Assembly: GCA_024691085.1 (NCBI GenBank)
Contig: JAILNX010000011.1
Location: 27,301 to 91,300, forward strand
Length of the DNA stretch: 64,000 nt
Source: Clostridiales bacterium
Lineage (GTDB): Bacteria; Bacillota; Clostridia; Christensenellales; CAG-138
Direction: 5' to 3'
Made by a program: the position numbers and the translations under genes
Shown here: one piece after another, positions 35,889 through 46,506 of the stretch
How the letters are laid out: each line of letters begins with the position of its first letter
Numbering within the stretch: the first letter of the stretch is position 1
Notes under the pieces: model-generated
Seen by the model: only the letters and a program-made list of their open reading frames with translations
The model's database searches: none
Told to the model about the DNA's origin: nothing

Positions 35889-38312
35889 TCATTCCGCGCT
35901 GACGACCACGTCGTCAAGAAGCGCCATTACGATAAGCTGCCCTTTGCCGTTCCTTGATTCGATCTTGACCTCTTCCGAGTTGACGACGGTCTTCGTGCCG
36001 TGAGCCTGCGTAACAACGATGTCCCTCGGCTCCATTACATGTATCGCGGTAACGAGTTCCATGCCGTTCGAGCCGTTCTTCTTGAAGCCGAACGAGATCG
36101 AACCCCTGCCGTTCCTGCCCTGTATGTCGTGATCGAATACGAAGCTGCGTTTCATATAGCCGCGGTCGGAGACGGTCAGTATCTCGCCCTCCTCCGTTAT
36201 CGCCTCGCCGTAAACGACGCTGTCGCCCTCGTCGAGCTTGATGCCGTGCACGCCGCCCGTCTGCCTGCCTGTTACGGGCACTGAAGACAGCTCGAACCTA
36301 ATGCCCATGCCGTTCTTCGTAAGAAGCAGCACACTCAGGTCGGTCTCGTCGAGAACGTACTCGAACGATATGAGTCTGTCGTCCTTAAGATTTATCGCGG
36401 CGACGCGCTTCGTTCTTGTTACGTACTCGTTTGCCGCGGTTGACTTGACCATGCCGCCGGCGGTAAAGAAGATGTACCTGCCGTCATTCCGGTCGCCGAT
36501 GAACGAGCCGATAACGTTCTCGCCGTTCTCGATCGGGATCAGCGAGGAGATGTTCGTCGCCTTTGCGGTCGGCTTGATCTCGGGAATATCCTCGATCGGG
36601 AGCGAGAGCATGAAGCCCTTGTCGGTCATTAGCCTCAGGATCTCGCCGGTAGTCGTCTTATAGACCGCCTTTGCGCCGTCCGCTTCGACTATCTCGTCGT
36701 TCAGGAGCTTGAGCGGTATGCGCCTTAACTTATTTTCGGGAAGCACGAGCACCGCCGCGGGCTCTTCGTAATCCGTCTCCTCTTCCTCCTCGACTTCCGC
36801 GCCGTCCTCGGAGATGAGCGTCGTGCGCCTCGGATCGGCGTACTTTTCGGATATCTCGGTCAGCTCGTCGATGATGAGCTTATCGAGCTTTTTCTTTGAA
36901 GCGAGAAGGCCCTTGAGCCTCGCGATCTCCTTAACGAGATCGTCGTGCTCCCTCTGTATCGCGATCTGTTCGAGATTGGTAAGACGCTGGAGCCTTAGAT
37001 CGAGGATCGCGTCCGCCTGCACGGCGGTAAGGTCGAACCTGTCCATCAAGCCCTGCTTCGCGATCTTCGGGGATTTCGACGCGCGGATCAGCGCGATGAC
37101 CTCGTCGATGTTGAGAAGCGCGATCATGAGGCCGTCCAGGATATGCGCCCTGTGTTCCGCGGAGTCGAGCTCGTGCTTAGTGCGCCTTGTGACGACGTCC
37201 TCCTGATACCTTATATAGTGATCGATCAGCTCGAGCAGCGATAAAAGTTTCGGCTTGCCCTCGGCAATCGCGACCATTATCACGCCGAAAGTCCTCTGGA
37301 GATCGGAGTATTTGAAGAGCTGACGGAGTATCTTGTTCTCGTCGACGTCCTTTTTAAGCTCGATAACGGCGCGGATGCCCTGTCTGTCGGACTCGTCCCT
37401 TATATCGGTGACTCCGGCGAAAGCGGCCTTCTTGTCCTGGACGAGCTTTAATATGCCCTCGAGCGCCCTCGCCTTGTTGACCTGGTACGGGAACTCGGTT
37501 ATGACTATCTGCTTCTTGCCGTTTTTAAGATCCTCGACGTGTGTTTTGGCGCGGTTGATGAGCTTGCCCCTGCCCGTCGCGTAGGCGTTCCTAATCTCCT
37601 CGGACTTGATTATATAGCCACCCGTGGGAAAATCGGGGCACGGCATTATCTTCATGATGTCGTCAAGGCTGATATCAGGATCCTTGATCCTAGCTATGAC
37701 GGCGTCGATAGCTTCCTTGGGATTATGCGTTGGGATGTTCGTGGTAAGTCCGACGGCGATGCCGTTCGCGCCGTTGATGAGCAGATTCGGAAACCTGCCG
37801 GGAAGCATTTCAGGCTCCTTCAGCGTATCGGAAAAGTTAAGGCAGAACCTGACCGTATCCTTTTCGATATCCCGCACCATATCCATAGCGGCGGGCGCCA
37901 TCCTGACCTCGGTATAACGCATGGCGGCAGCCGAATCGCCGTCTATGCTTCCGAAGTTGCCGTGACCGTCGACGAGGGGCAGCCTTATATTGAAGTCCTG
38001 CGCCATTCTGACCATCGCGTCGTAGACGGAGCTGTCGCCGTGCGGATGGAACTTACCGAGGCAGTCGCCGACGATACGCGCCGACTTTCTGTGAGGCTTG
38101 TCCGGCGTATTGCCAAGCTCGAGCATGGTATAGAGTATCCTTCGCTGAACGGGCTTAAGGCCGTCCTCAACCCTCGGGAGCGCCCTTTCCAGAATGACGT
38201 GCTCGGCATAGGGAAGCATGGAGTTATGCATCACGTCGTCCATGCTGACGATATTGAATACCTCTTCCCCGCTTCCGAAGCTCAACTGGTCTTTATTGCT
38301 TTTCCTTGCCAT
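35889..38312 (-). CDS. type IIA DNA topoisomerase subunit A (GyrA/ParC family, ParC-like N-terminus)
   Basis: 807 aa with [33 protein letters not shown], the catalytic Tyr in [10 protein letters not shown], and C-terminal beta-pinwheel repeats (..[13 protein letters not shown]..). The ATG overlaps the rpe stop (TGATG). Confidence 0.9.
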   Translation of the reverse strand: MARKSNKDQLSFGSGEEVFNIVSMDDVMHNSMLPYAEHVILERALPRVEDGLKPVQRRILYTMLELGNTPDKPHRKSARIVGDCLGKFHPHGDSSVYDAMVRMAQDFNIRLPLVDGHGNFGSIDGDSAAAMRYTEVRMAPAAMDMVRDIEKDTVRFCLNFSDTLKEPEMLPGRFPNLLINGANGIAVGLTTNIPTHNPKEAIDAVIARIKDPDISLDDIMKIMPCPDFPTGGYIIKSEEIRNAYATGRGKLINRAKTHVEDLKNGKKQIVITEFPYQVNKARALEGILKLVQDKKAAFAGVTDIRDESDRQGIRAVIELKKDVDENKILRQLFKYSDLQRTFGVIMVAIAEGKPKLLSLLELIDHYIRYQEDVVTRRTKHELDSAEHRAHILDGLMIALLNIDEVIALIRASKSPKIAKQGLMDRFDLTAVQADAILDLRLQRLTNLEQIAIQREHDDLVKEIARLKGLLASKKKLDKLIIDELTEISEKYADPRRTTLISEDGAEVEEEEETDYEEPAAVLVLPENKLRRIPLKLLNDEIVEADGAKAVYKTTTGEILRLMTDKGFMLSLPIEDIPEIKPTAKATNISSLIPIENGENVIGSFIGDRNDGRYIFFTAGGMVKSTAANEYVTRTKRVAAINLKDDRLISFEYVLDETDLSVLLLTKNGMGIRFELSSVPVTGRQTGGVHGIKLDEGDSVVYGEAITEEGEILTVSDRGYMKRSFVFDHDIQGRNGRGSISFGFKKNGSNGMELVTAIHVMEPRDIVVTQAHGTKTVVNSEEVKIESRNGKGQLIVMALLDDVVVSAE

Positions 38313-38968
38313 CAGTTACCCCTGAGTTTATTTATCATCTGTTTTTTGTCTTCCGCCTTATAGACCGCGTTGCCGGCGACAAGCACGTTCGCGCCCGCGC
38401 TTACCGCAAGCCTCGAAGTGGTCTCGTTGATGCCGCCGTCGACCTCAACGTCGATTTTGAGTCCGCGCTTTACTATCATTTCGCGCACGGCCTCGATCTT
38501 CCTTAACGAGGAATCGATGAACTTCTGCCCGCCGAAGCCTGGGTTTACGCTCATGACGAGCACCATATCGACGTCGTCAAGCAGGTACTCGACCGCGTTG
38601 TGGCTGGTCGCGGGATTCAGCGCGATGCCCGCCTTTTTGCCGTAAGACCTTATGAGCTGCAGCGTCCTGTGGGCGTGCACGTCCGCCTCGCGGTGTATCG
38701 TGATGATATCGGCGCCCGCTTTTACAAAGCTCTCGACCCATTTAGCGGGCTCGGCTACCATAAGATGAGCGTCGAATGTGAGATCGGAGCACGGACGGAG
38801 CGCTTTGCACATTGGCGCGCCGAACGTGATGTTCGGAACGAAGCTGCCGTCCATAACGTCAAGATGGACCCAGTCCGCTCCGTAATCCTTAAGCCTCGCC
38901 ACCTCGCTCCCGAGTTCGGTGAAATCCGCCGAGAGGATCGACGGAGCTATCAGTACCTTGTCAGTCAT
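38312..38968 (-). CDS. rpe: ribulose-phosphate 3-epimerase
   Basis: I moved the start to ATG 38968 (AAGGAGG 8 nt upstream). The 218-aa product has [21 protein letters not shown], and [12 protein letters not shown]. Confidence 0.93.
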   Translation of the reverse strand: MTDKVLIAPSILSADFTELGSEVARLKDYGADWVHLDVMDGSFVPNITFGAPMCKALRPCSDLTFDAHLMVAEPAKWVESFVKAGADIITIHREADVHAHRTLQLIRSYGKKAGIALNPATSHNAVEYLLDDVDMVLVMSVNPGFGGQKFIDSSLRKIEAVREMIVKRGLKIDVEVDGGINETTSRLAVSAGANVLVAGNAVYKAEDKKQMINKLRGN

Positions 38969-39851
38969 ACTTATGCCTCCTTGCTTCGATTGCTTCATTG
39001 ATTATTTTTACATATCTTGAATATCTTTTTTCATTTATCCCGCCCGCGTGAAGCTTTTCCTTAACGGCGCATCCGGGCTCGGAAACGTGCATACACCCGG
39101 GGAACCTGCACGTTCCGGAGACTTCCGAAAACTCGGGATACATAGGTGGGATCTCCTCCGGCTCGAGCTTGACCGATTCGAGAAGGCTGAACCCCGGGGT
39201 GTCGGCGATCATTCCGCCCTCCGGAGTAAGTATGAACTCCGCGTGCCTCGTCGTGTGCCTGCCCCGTTCGGTCTTTTTTGAAAGCTCTCCTGTTTCAAGA
39301 TCGAGACCGAGCAGAGCGTTTATAAGCGAAGATTTTCCGACTGCCGACTGCCCCGCAAGGCATACCGTCCTGTTCGCGATAAGCGCCTTGAGCCCGTCAA
39401 GTCCGAACCCCGTTGCGGCGGAGACCTGAACTATCGAATCGACGGCTTCTTTATACTGCAAGACGACCTCGTCATACTCGCTGCCCGACCCGCCGTCGCA
39501 CTTATTTACTGCGATGATCGGCTCGATCCCCTGCTTAACGCAGTACAGAAGGAGCTTATCGACGAGCTCAAAATCGGGAACGGGCTCACTCGCCGATACG
39601 ACGATCAAAAGAACGTCTACGTTCGAGACCGCCGGACGAAGAAGCTCGTTCTTCCTCGGCATGATCTCGGAAATAACGGCAGCGTTTTTCTGTTCAAGCG
39701 ATACCGTGACTTCGTCGCCGGGAAGCGGGATAACGCCCTCCTTGCGGAAGATGCCCCTTGCCTTGCAGGTTATCCTGCCCCCGTCCTCCGCGAGCACGGT
39801 ATAAAAACCGCCGACGCCCTTCAATATCCTGCCTTTTTTGATCCTTACCAA
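38961..39851 (-). CDS. rsgA: ribosome small subunit-dependent GTPase A
   Basis: It has the circularly permuted GTPase motifs NKCD, GQSAVGKSSL and DTPGF, plus a C-terminal zinc cluster CRFPGCMHVSEPGC. The start is uncertain. I place it at TTG 39851, 13 nt after the prkC stop; the ORF-track ATG 39911 would overlap prkC by 47 nt. Confidence 0.85.
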   Translation of the reverse strand: MVRIKKGRILKGVGGFYTVLAEDGGRITCKARGIFRKEGVIPLPGDEVTVSLEQKNAAVISEIMPRKNELLRPAVSNVDVLLIVVSASEPVPDFELVDKLLLYCVKQGIEPIIAVNKCDGGSGSEYDEVVLQYKEAVDSIVQVSAATGFGLDGLKALIANRTVCLAGQSAVGKSSLINALLGLDLETGELSKKTERGRHTTRHAEFILTPEGGMIADTPGFSLLESVKLEPEEIPPMYPEFSEVSGTCRFPGCMHVSEPGCAVKEKLHAGGINEKRYSRYVKIINEAIEARRHKYD

Positions 39852-39864
39852 ATAACTGCCCCGC

Positions 39865-41751
39865 TTATTCGAAGTTCCTGACGAAGCTCGTATAGACCTC
39901 GCCGTTGACATAGATGACGCAGGTAAAGCTGCCCGACTCCCAGAAACGGGCGGTGAACGGGATGGAATACGTCCCGCTCTCGAACTCGTCTCTGAATATA
40001 ACGACCTCGCCGAGATCGGTCTCGATCGTGATAACGACCTCGTTCGACTCCGCGGTAAGCGTTACGTTCTCGGAAAACTCGGCCTTGTACTCGCCCTCCG
40101 ACTCCATGAACATGGTCAGCTCAACGGTAATGGTATTGTAAACGAAGTCCATTCCCGACGCCGGATTCTGCTCCGTAACGGTGAAATTCCGGTAGCTGTG
40201 ATCCGGATCTTGAGTAGTCTTTACGGTGATCCTGTATCTCTCGATCCCCGCGTCTGAGAGGAGTTCTATTGCCTCCTCGATGCTCTTGCCCACGAGCTCC
40301 GGCATGACCGTCGTCTGGGAGATGGGCTCCTTGCTGACGGTGATCCTGACCGAGTCGCCCGCCATAACGGTCTCATCGGGGTTGATCGACTGGCCGATAA
40401 CGGTGCCTACGGGCTCCATGCTCGTCTGGTATTCGATATTGTCGTCGAGCTTCAATCCGACCGCTTCCAGCGCGCGTTTGGCCTCGTCGACCGTCTTGCC
40501 GAGGAGGTCGGGAACCTTGACGGTCTCCATTCCCGTGCTGATTATAACGGATATGACCGTGCCCTCCTTAGCCTTCGTCTGGGGCGCGGGATCCTGCGAG
40601 CAGACCTCGCCGGCGGTGTACTCGTCGGAGGCCTCGTAGCCCGTGATAAGAACGGTGAATCCTCTGTTCTCCGCGTAGGTCCTCGCGTCGTTTTCCGCGT
40701 ACCCGAGCAGGCTCGGCACCTTTGCGTAACCGTTGTCGCTGCGGGAATTATTGCTGATTATACCCGCAGATATCAGGAACAGGATAATGAATATCGCGAT
40801 CACGAGCGCGACTGCGCCGACGATGACTATGAGCGGAAGATGCTCTCTCAGAACGCCGGATCCGGGTTTTATTACCTCTGCGGCTGCGGTCACGGCGCTG
40901 TTTTTTCTGATCCTCGCGAATCTCGAATGCGGGCTCCTCAGCGCGTGCTTCAAGTCCTTTATCATCTCCGCCGCGTCGGAATATCTTATCTCCTTATCCT
41001 TTGCGGTAGCCCTGACCACAACGTCGCTCAGCGCGACGGAGATATGGCTGTCTGCTTCGTGAAGCGGCTTAATGTCCTCGTTGACATGCTTGAGCGCGAT
41101 CTGCACGGCGTTGTCGCCCGTGAAGGGAGGCTTGCCCGTGAGCATCTCGTAGAGCATTACGCCCGTTGAATAGAGATCGGTGCCTGCGTCTACGTCCTCG
41201 CCCTTCGCCTGTTCCGGCGAGATATAGTAAACGGAGCCCATCGCTTCCTTGCCGTCAAAGGTCTTGGTCGAATTGCCCGCGAACTTGGCTATCCCGAAAT
41301 CGGTGAGCTTAACGACGCCCTTGTCGGTTATCATAATGTTCTGAGGCTTGACGTCCCTGTGGACGAGCCCCTTCTGATGCGCGTGTGCGAGACCGTCGAG
41401 CACGTCGCAGATCATATTGACAGCGACATGAGGCTTCATTGGGCCGTTCTGATCCATGTATTCGCGAAGCGTCATGCCGTTTACGTATTCAAGCACGAGA
41501 TAGTGGGTATCGTCCTCGCTGCCCATATCGAGAAGCGAGACCACGTGCTCGTTTTTAAGGGAGACCATGGCATTTGCTTCCCTTGAAAGCCTTCTTAAAT
41601 ACTGCGGATCGTTGCTGAACTCCTGTTTCAGCACCTTGACGGCGACTTCCTCGCCGCTTTCAAGATCGACGCCCTTATAAACGTCGGCCATGCCGCCTGA
41701 GCCGATCCTTTCGACTATTCTGTATCTGTCGTTCAGCACTCTGTCAATCAT
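39865..41751 (-). CDS. prkC: PASTA-domain Ser/Thr protein kinase
   Basis: I moved the start to ATG 41751 (GGAGG upstream). The Hanks kinase motifs are GSGGMADVYKG, VAVK, HRDVKPQN and DFG. One TM helix is followed by three PASTA repeats (..VPSLLGY.., ..VPDLLGK.., ..MPELVGK..) and a C-terminal beta-rich domain. Confidence 0.92.
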   Translation of the reverse strand: MIDRVLNDRYRIVERIGSGGMADVYKGVDLESGEEVAVKVLKQEFSNDPQYLRRLSREANAMVSLKNEHVVSLLDMGSEDDTHYLVLEYVNGMTLREYMDQNGPMKPHVAVNMICDVLDGLAHAHQKGLVHRDVKPQNIMITDKGVVKLTDFGIAKFAGNSTKTFDGKEAMGSVYYISPEQAKGEDVDAGTDLYSTGVMLYEMLTGKPPFTGDNAVQIALKHVNEDIKPLHEADSHISVALSDVVVRATAKDKEIRYSDAAEMIKDLKHALRSPHSRFARIRKNSAVTAAAEVIKPGSGVLREHLPLIVIVGAVALVIAIFIILFLISAGIISNNSRSDNGYAKVPSLLGYAENDARTYAENRGFTVLITGYEASDEYTAGEVCSQDPAPQTKAKEGTVISVIISTGMETVKVPDLLGKTVDEAKRALEAVGLKLDDNIEYQTSMEPVGTVIGQSINPDETVMAGDSVRITVSKEPISQTTVMPELVGKSIEEAIELLSDAGIERYRITVKTTQDPDHSYRNFTVTEQNPASGMDFVYNTITVELTMFMESEGEYKAEFSENVTLTAESNEVVITIETDLGEVVIFRDEFESGTYSIPFTARFWESGSFTCVIYVNGEVYTSFVRNFE

Positions 41752-42478
41752 GTTTCCCGGCCTCCGCATTCCTTGCCAATACAACCGTAATATTATCGGA
41801 CGAGCCGTTATCGAGAGCGCGCTCGGTGAGCCTGTCGCAGCATTCGAGGAGATCCTTTGAGGACCTCAGTATCCTCTCCATCTCGGAGTCGTCAAGCGTT
41901 CCGCAAAGACCGTCGGAGCAGAGAAGCAGCACGTCGCCCCTCTTCCACCCCTTGATGCCTACGTCGGCCTTCTCGTACCTCGCGGTTCCGACAGCGCGAG
42001 TGACGAGATTCCTCTGCGGATGATCCTTTGCCTGTTCCTCGGTGATCATTCCGGCGGAAACGAGCTCCTGCACGTAGGAATGATCCCTCGTTACGCGGCG
42101 GAGCCTTGCCCCGTCGAAGTGATACAGCCTGCTGTCGCCGATATTCGCGACGACGTATCTGTCCGGCTCGAGGAGCGCCATTACGACGGTCGTGCCCATG
42201 CCTGTGTAGCTGTCGTCGGACATCGCCATATCGTAGACTGCGCGGTTGGCTACGTTGATGGACTGCCTCAAAAGAGCTATCATGTTCTGCCCCTTTTCAG
42301 CGCGCTCGATGTGATCGACTATCCTCTTGACGGCGGTGCTCGAAGCCACCTCGCCCGCGATATGTCCGCCCATGCCGTCGGCGACGATCACGAGCGGTAT
42401 CCTTCCTTCGTCCGGAATATGGAATGAATCCTCATTCTTTTTTCTCATGCCCCTGTCGGAACGAAAGGCATAGATCAT
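41744..42478 (-). CDS. prpC: PP2C-family Ser/Thr phosphatase
   Basis: 244 aa with RKKNEDSF, VADGMGGH, LCSDGL and SDNITV motifs. It sits upstream of prkC, as in Firmicutes generally. Confidence 0.92.
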   Translation of the reverse strand: MIYAFRSDRGMRKKNEDSFHIPDEGRIPLVIVADGMGGHIAGEVASSTAVKRIVDHIERAEKGQNMIALLRQSINVANRAVYDMAMSDDSYTGMGTTVVMALLEPDRYVVANIGDSRLYHFDGARLRRVTRDHSYVQELVSAGMITEEQAKDHPQRNLVTRAVGTARYEKADVGIKGWKRGDVLLLCSDGLCGTLDDSEMERILRSSKDLLECCDRLTERALDNGSSDNITVVLARNAEAGKHD

Positions 42479-43539
42479 TCTTCTCCCTCCTTCTGGGAAT
42501 CGATGTGCTTGTTTCTCAGCTGCCCGCAGGCTCCGTCGATATCGGTGCCGAGCTCGCGTCTGACCGTCGCGGAAAGGCCGAGCTTCTGAAGGAGCAGCGC
42601 AAAGTCCTGTGCGCGCTTTCTGGTAACGCCGTTTAAGCTCCTCTCCTTGACGCTGTTCAACGGGATCAGGTTGACGTGGCAGTTGATCCCCTTAAGGAGC
42701 CGTGAAAGCTCCCGCGCGTCGGCGTCCGACGAATTCACGCCCTCGATGAGCGCATACTCGAATATCACGCGCCTTCCCGTCTTATCGGAATAGAACTTTG
42801 CCGCGGGGATCAGCTCGGACAGCGAATATGAATTCGCTATCGGCATTGTCTTCCTTCTAAGCTCGTCGTTCGGCGCGTGGAGCGAGATGCATAGCGTAAC
42901 GTGCGGAGCGTCGTCAGGAAGCGTGTATATCCTTGGAACAAGTCCGCAGGTCGAGAGCGAAATGTTCCTCGGGCTTATCCCGAGACCGTCCGCGGCGGTC
43001 GCCCTCTTTAAGAACCTGATCGTATTATCGTAATTGTCGAGCGGCTCGCCGCAGCCCATCATGACGATGTTCGTGACCGTGCGCTTCTTATCGTCGCCCG
43101 ACGGGATGAGCCTTTCGACGGCAGTGACCTCGGAAAGCATCTCGCCCGGGGTTAGGTCGCGGACCTTGCCGTTAAGCGTAGAGGCGCAGAACCTGCAACC
43201 CATCCTGCATCCCACCTGGCAGGAGATGCAGAGCGTGTTTCCGTATGAATACCTCATAAGTACGCCCTCGACGATGTTTTCGTCGTCGAGCTTATAGAGG
43301 AACTTCATCGTATCGTCCCTTTGGGACTTGCGAACGTCGATTATCTCCGCTCCGCCGAACGGTATCGCCTCGAGCTTTTCGCGGAGCGTTTTCGGAATGT
43401 TCGCCATCGCGTCCGGACGGACGCCCTTATTGATCCATTCGAGGACCTGCTTTGCTCTGAATGTTTTTTCGTTCAGCTCCTCCATGAGCGCGAGAGCATC
43501 GTTATGATCCATTGAGGCTAATTCGTCGATCATATTCAA
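42475..43539 (-). CDS. rlmN: 23S rRNA/tRNA (adenine-C2)-methyltransferase, radical SAM
   Basis: 354 aa with the radical-SAM cluster CRMGCRFC and the conserved late Cys in DIDGACGQL. Confidence 0.92.
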   Translation of the reverse strand: MNMIDELASMDHNDALALMEELNEKTFRAKQVLEWINKGVRPDAMANIPKTLREKLEAIPFGGAEIIDVRKSQRDDTMKFLYKLDDENIVEGVLMRYSYGNTLCISCQVGCRMGCRFCASTLNGKVRDLTPGEMLSEVTAVERLIPSGDDKKRTVTNIVMMGCGEPLDNYDNTIRFLKRATAADGLGISPRNISLSTCGLVPRIYTLPDDAPHVTLCISLHAPNDELRRKTMPIANSYSLSELIPAAKFYSDKTGRRVIFEYALIEGVNSSDADARELSRLLKGINCHVNLIPLNSVKERSLNGVTRKRAQDFALLLQKLGLSATVRRELGTDIDGACGQLRNKHIDSQKEGEE

Positions 43540-44846
43540 GCGTTCCTCCTGAGCTTAGCGATAAAGAATCCGTCCACGCCATCCGTGTTCGGGAAGAGCT
43601 GCAGCATGCCGTTTTCTCCCCGCTTCTTTATATCTTCCGAGATCGAGCCTGAAACGGGCATGAGCTCGAATCCCCTGTTGTTATCGATAAAAGCTTTTAT
43701 GACGTCCTCGTTCTCGGCTTTCGAGATGGTGCAGGTGGAATAGACGAGTATCCCGCCGACCTTTACGTATTTAGAGCAGGTATCGAGGATCGACCTCTGT
43801 ATACGGGAAAGCCTTTTTACGTCGTCCTCGGTCCTTCTGAACCTCGCGTCGGGCTTGGATCCCGCGCCGAGTCCGGAGCACGGAACGTCGAGCAGCACCC
43901 TGTCAAACCTGTCGGCAAAGAAATAGTCGTAGACCGACGAGTCCCTTACCGTGCATTTCAATTCCCTGCCGAGCCTTTTAAGCGTCTTTTCGGTCAGCTC
44001 CGCCCTGTGCGGATGAAGCTCCCAAGCGGTCATATCGCCCTTATTGTTCATAAGGTCGAGCATATAAGAAGTCTTCCCGCCGGGAGCCGCGCAGGCGTCG
44101 AGCACCGTCATGCCCTCTTTGGGATCGAGGCATCTTACCGCGAGCATCGCGCCCTCGGACTGCACCGTGAACCTTCCGTCGTGAAAATCGGTATCGTCGT
44201 CAAGAGCACCGCCGAGACTGTCGATTACAAACGCGCCATCTACAATACGGCTTTTCTTCGGCGTGAGCCCGCGTGAAACGAGCAGCGTCTCAAGCTCGTC
44301 CGCAGTGAACGGAGGAACGGGACGGACGGATACGCCTTTGACCGGCGCCGTAAGCATTTCCTCCGTGAAGGCTTCGCCGTACGTCTTCGCGTATTCTGCG
44401 ACAAGGAACTCAGGATAGGATGAAGTTATGCTCATCCTTTTGACGAAATCGGAAGGAAGCGCTGGAAGAGAATCGTTTTCATGATCCCTCGCGACGGCTC
44501 TCAGCACGCCGTTTACGTAACCCTTGAGCCCGGCCTTGCCGATCTCCGCAGTCAGCTTGACCGCTTTTGAACAGACGGCGTAGTCGGGAGTATTCATAAA
44601 CAAGAGCTCCGCGACAGCCATGCGGAGTATCCCGCGTATCTGCGAGTGCAGGCGGCCCTTTGCGTAATGAGCGATAAGAAAATCGCAGTATCCGATGTGT
44701 TCGACCGTGTTATAAACGAGCGCGGTAAGCCTCGGCTTATCCTTGGAGTCGACGCCTTTAAGCCCTTCCTTGAGGGCAAGATTCAGATATGCGTCCTCCT
44801 TAGTGACTTTAAGGAGTATGTTGAGGCAGGCTCTTTCTCCGGTCAT
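43536..44846 (-). CDS. rsmB: 16S rRNA (cytosine967-C5)-methyltransferase
   Basis: 436 aa with an N-terminal NusB-like region, SAM motif DACAAPGGKT, and catalytic Cys contexts DVPCSGLG and YSTCT. Confidence 0.9.
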   Translation of the reverse strand: MTGERACLNILLKVTKEDAYLNLALKEGLKGVDSKDKPRLTALVYNTVEHIGYCDFLIAHYAKGRLHSQIRGILRMAVAELLFMNTPDYAVCSKAVKLTAEIGKAGLKGYVNGVLRAVARDHENDSLPALPSDFVKRMSITSSYPEFLVAEYAKTYGEAFTEEMLTAPVKGVSVRPVPPFTADELETLLVSRGLTPKKSRIVDGAFVIDSLGGALDDDTDFHDGRFTVQSEGAMLAVRCLDPKEGMTVLDACAAPGGKTSYMLDLMNNKGDMTAWELHPHRAELTEKTLKRLGRELKCTVRDSSVYDYFFADRFDRVLLDVPCSGLGAGSKPDARFRRTEDDVKRLSRIQRSILDTCSKYVKVGGILVYSTCTISKAENEDVIKAFIDNNRGFELMPVSGSISEDIKKRGENGMLQLFPNTDGVDGFFIAKLRRNA

Positions 44847-45784
44847 TTCCCAAGCGTTTTTCCAAGCATCTTTTTAGAGTTGAGCGCGCTCTTCGCGTCC
44901 ATGCGCCTCGAGCCAGAAAACTGAAGTTCACATATTTCGATAATGCCGTCGAGGCATTTTACATAAAGACCTTTTTTACTGTCTGCGATCACGCACTCGC
45001 CCGGCGCGGCGTCTTCATATCCCTCCGCCTGTACTTCGGGGATAAGGCTTCTGAACACCTTGAGCGGCTGTCCGTCGAAAGCCGTGAACGCGACCGGCGC
45101 GGGATTCATGCCGCGTATGAGATCGTGCACTTCCTTAACGCTTTTTCCGAAGTCGATCCCGGCCATGTATTTCTTTATCATGCCGCACCTTGACGCGTCT
45201 TCCTCGACCTGCTTCGTGCGCGTGAGCGTGCCGTCGATGAGCGCGTTCACAGTCTCGATAAGAAGCTCCGCGCCCATGACCGAAAGGCGGTCGTAAAGCT
45301 CGCCCGCAGTCTCGTTCTCGCCTATCGGGGTGCGCCTTGTCATAAGGATATCGCCGGTATCGAGGCCTATATCCGTCATCATGGTCGTGACTCCGGTCTC
45401 GGTCTCGCCGTTGATGACCGACCACTGTATCGGAGCGGCGCCGCGGTATTTGGGCAGAAGGCTCCCGTGTACGTTGATGCAGCCGTATCTGGGGATATCG
45501 AGGTTCTCCTGTGACAGTATCTGCCCAAAGGCGGCGGTCACCATAAGATCGGGAGCAAAGCTCGAAAGCGCGGCGACGCCTTCCTCGCGTCTGATCTTTT
45601 CGAACTGGTAAACGGGAAGACCGAGCGAAAGCGCAAGCTCCTTCACAGGGGGCATCTTAAGGCCGTGTCCCCTGTCCTTCGGACGGTCGGGCTGAGTAAA
45701 TACATTAAGCTCGTGTCCCGCGTCATAGAGCGCCTGAAGAGAAGGAAGCGCGAATTCCGGCGTGCCGAGAAAAGCGATCCTCAT
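44843..45784 (-). CDS. fmt: methionyl-tRNA formyltransferase
   Basis: 313 aa with MRIAFLGTPEFA.., and HGSLLPKYRGAAPIQ. Confidence 0.95.
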   Translation of the reverse strand: MRIAFLGTPEFALPSLQALYDAGHELNVFTQPDRPKDRGHGLKMPPVKELALSLGLPVYQFEKIRREEGVAALSSFAPDLMVTAAFGQILSQENLDIPRYGCINVHGSLLPKYRGAAPIQWSVINGETETGVTTMMTDIGLDTGDILMTRRTPIGENETAGELYDRLSVMGAELLIETVNALIDGTLTRTKQVEEDASRCGMIKKYMAGIDFGKSVKEVHDLIRGMNPAPVAFTAFDGQPLKVFRSLIPEVQAEGYEDAAPGECVIADSKKGLYVKCLDGIIEICELQFSGSRRMDAKSALNSKKMLGKTLGK

Positions 45785-46260
45785 TTCGTTTCACCGTCTT
45801 CTTTTTCGGGCGTGGGGATGACGAGGCGTTTGTAGACCTTGCCGTCGAGATGGTCGCACTCGTGAAGCATCGCCCTTGCGAGCAGACCTTCGCCGCGAAG
45901 CTCGAACTCGTTGCCGTTCCTGTCAAAAGCCTTCATTACGGCGATATTCGGCCTTATAACGTAGCCCTGCTGATCGGGGAACGAAAGACAGCCTTCCATG
46001 CCGCCCTGCTCGCCCTCGGTATAAACGATCTCGGGGTTTATCGCCTCGATCAAACCGTTTCTGTCCTCGCTGCAGTCGATCACGACGACCCTGCGGAGTA
46101 TCCCGACCTGCGGCGCGGCAAGTCCGACGCCGTCGGCCTCGTACATGGTCTCGGCCATATCGTCCAAAAGCTCCCCGAGCTTGTTATCGAATTTCGCGAC
46201 CGGCTTCGCGACCTTGTAAAGGCACGGAGCGTTTTCTGTTTGAATCTTTCTGATAGCCAT
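45781..46260 (-). CDS. def: peptide deformylase
   Basis: 159 aa with the three deformylase motifs GVGLAAPQ, EGCLSFP and HECDHLDG. Confidence 0.96.
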   Translation of the reverse strand: MAIRKIQTENAPCLYKVAKPVAKFDNKLGELLDDMAETMYEADGVGLAAPQVGILRRVVVIDCSEDRNGLIEAINPEIVYTEGEQGGMEGCLSFPDQQGYVIRPNIAVMKAFDRNGNEFELRGEGLLARAMLHECDHLDGKVYKRLVIPTPEKEDGETK

Positions 46261-46310
46261 AACGAACCTCCGAATACATTTATTGCATTATCCACATAAA
46301 TTATCATTTT

Positions 46311-46342
46311 ATTATAACACATTCAGTCGGACAATAAAAATA
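46311..46342 (-). promoter_or_regulatory. possible extended -10 promoter for the def operon
   Basis: In minus-strand sense: tgtTATAAT (-10 at 46316-46311) with only a weak -35 (TTTATT) 16 nt upstream. Confidence 0.35.
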
Positions 46343-46434
46343 TATTAAGCGTTTTTCTTCATACTTTGATTTAAAAATCACCCGTTAAGCATAGCTTTTG
46401 ACAGTGTTTCAATTATTTGCATGCGGCGCGGTTC

Positions 46435-46463
46435 TTGCGAATTCGACAAATATCCTGTATAAT
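46435..46463 (+). promoter_or_regulatory. sigma-A-type promoter candidate for lon
   Basis: TTGCGA (46435-46440), 17 nt, TATAAT (46458-46463). Confidence 0.6.
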
Positions 46464-46506
46464 TCATTTTAAAACCGAATGCATTGAAAGGAGCGGAAAC
46501 CAAGCA

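Noticed and set aside
46417-46506. Upstream ATG extension of lon (track start 46417), and similar N-terminal extensions of tsaB, pdp, tig, ridA, rimI, comFC, rpe, prkC, pgsA, prmA, glxK and the PrsA-like gene
   Set aside because: The extensions lack Shine-Dalgarno sequences. They overlap upstream genes or promoters and add non-conserved residues ahead of the recognisable family N-termini. Internal starts with GGAGG-type sites were preferred.
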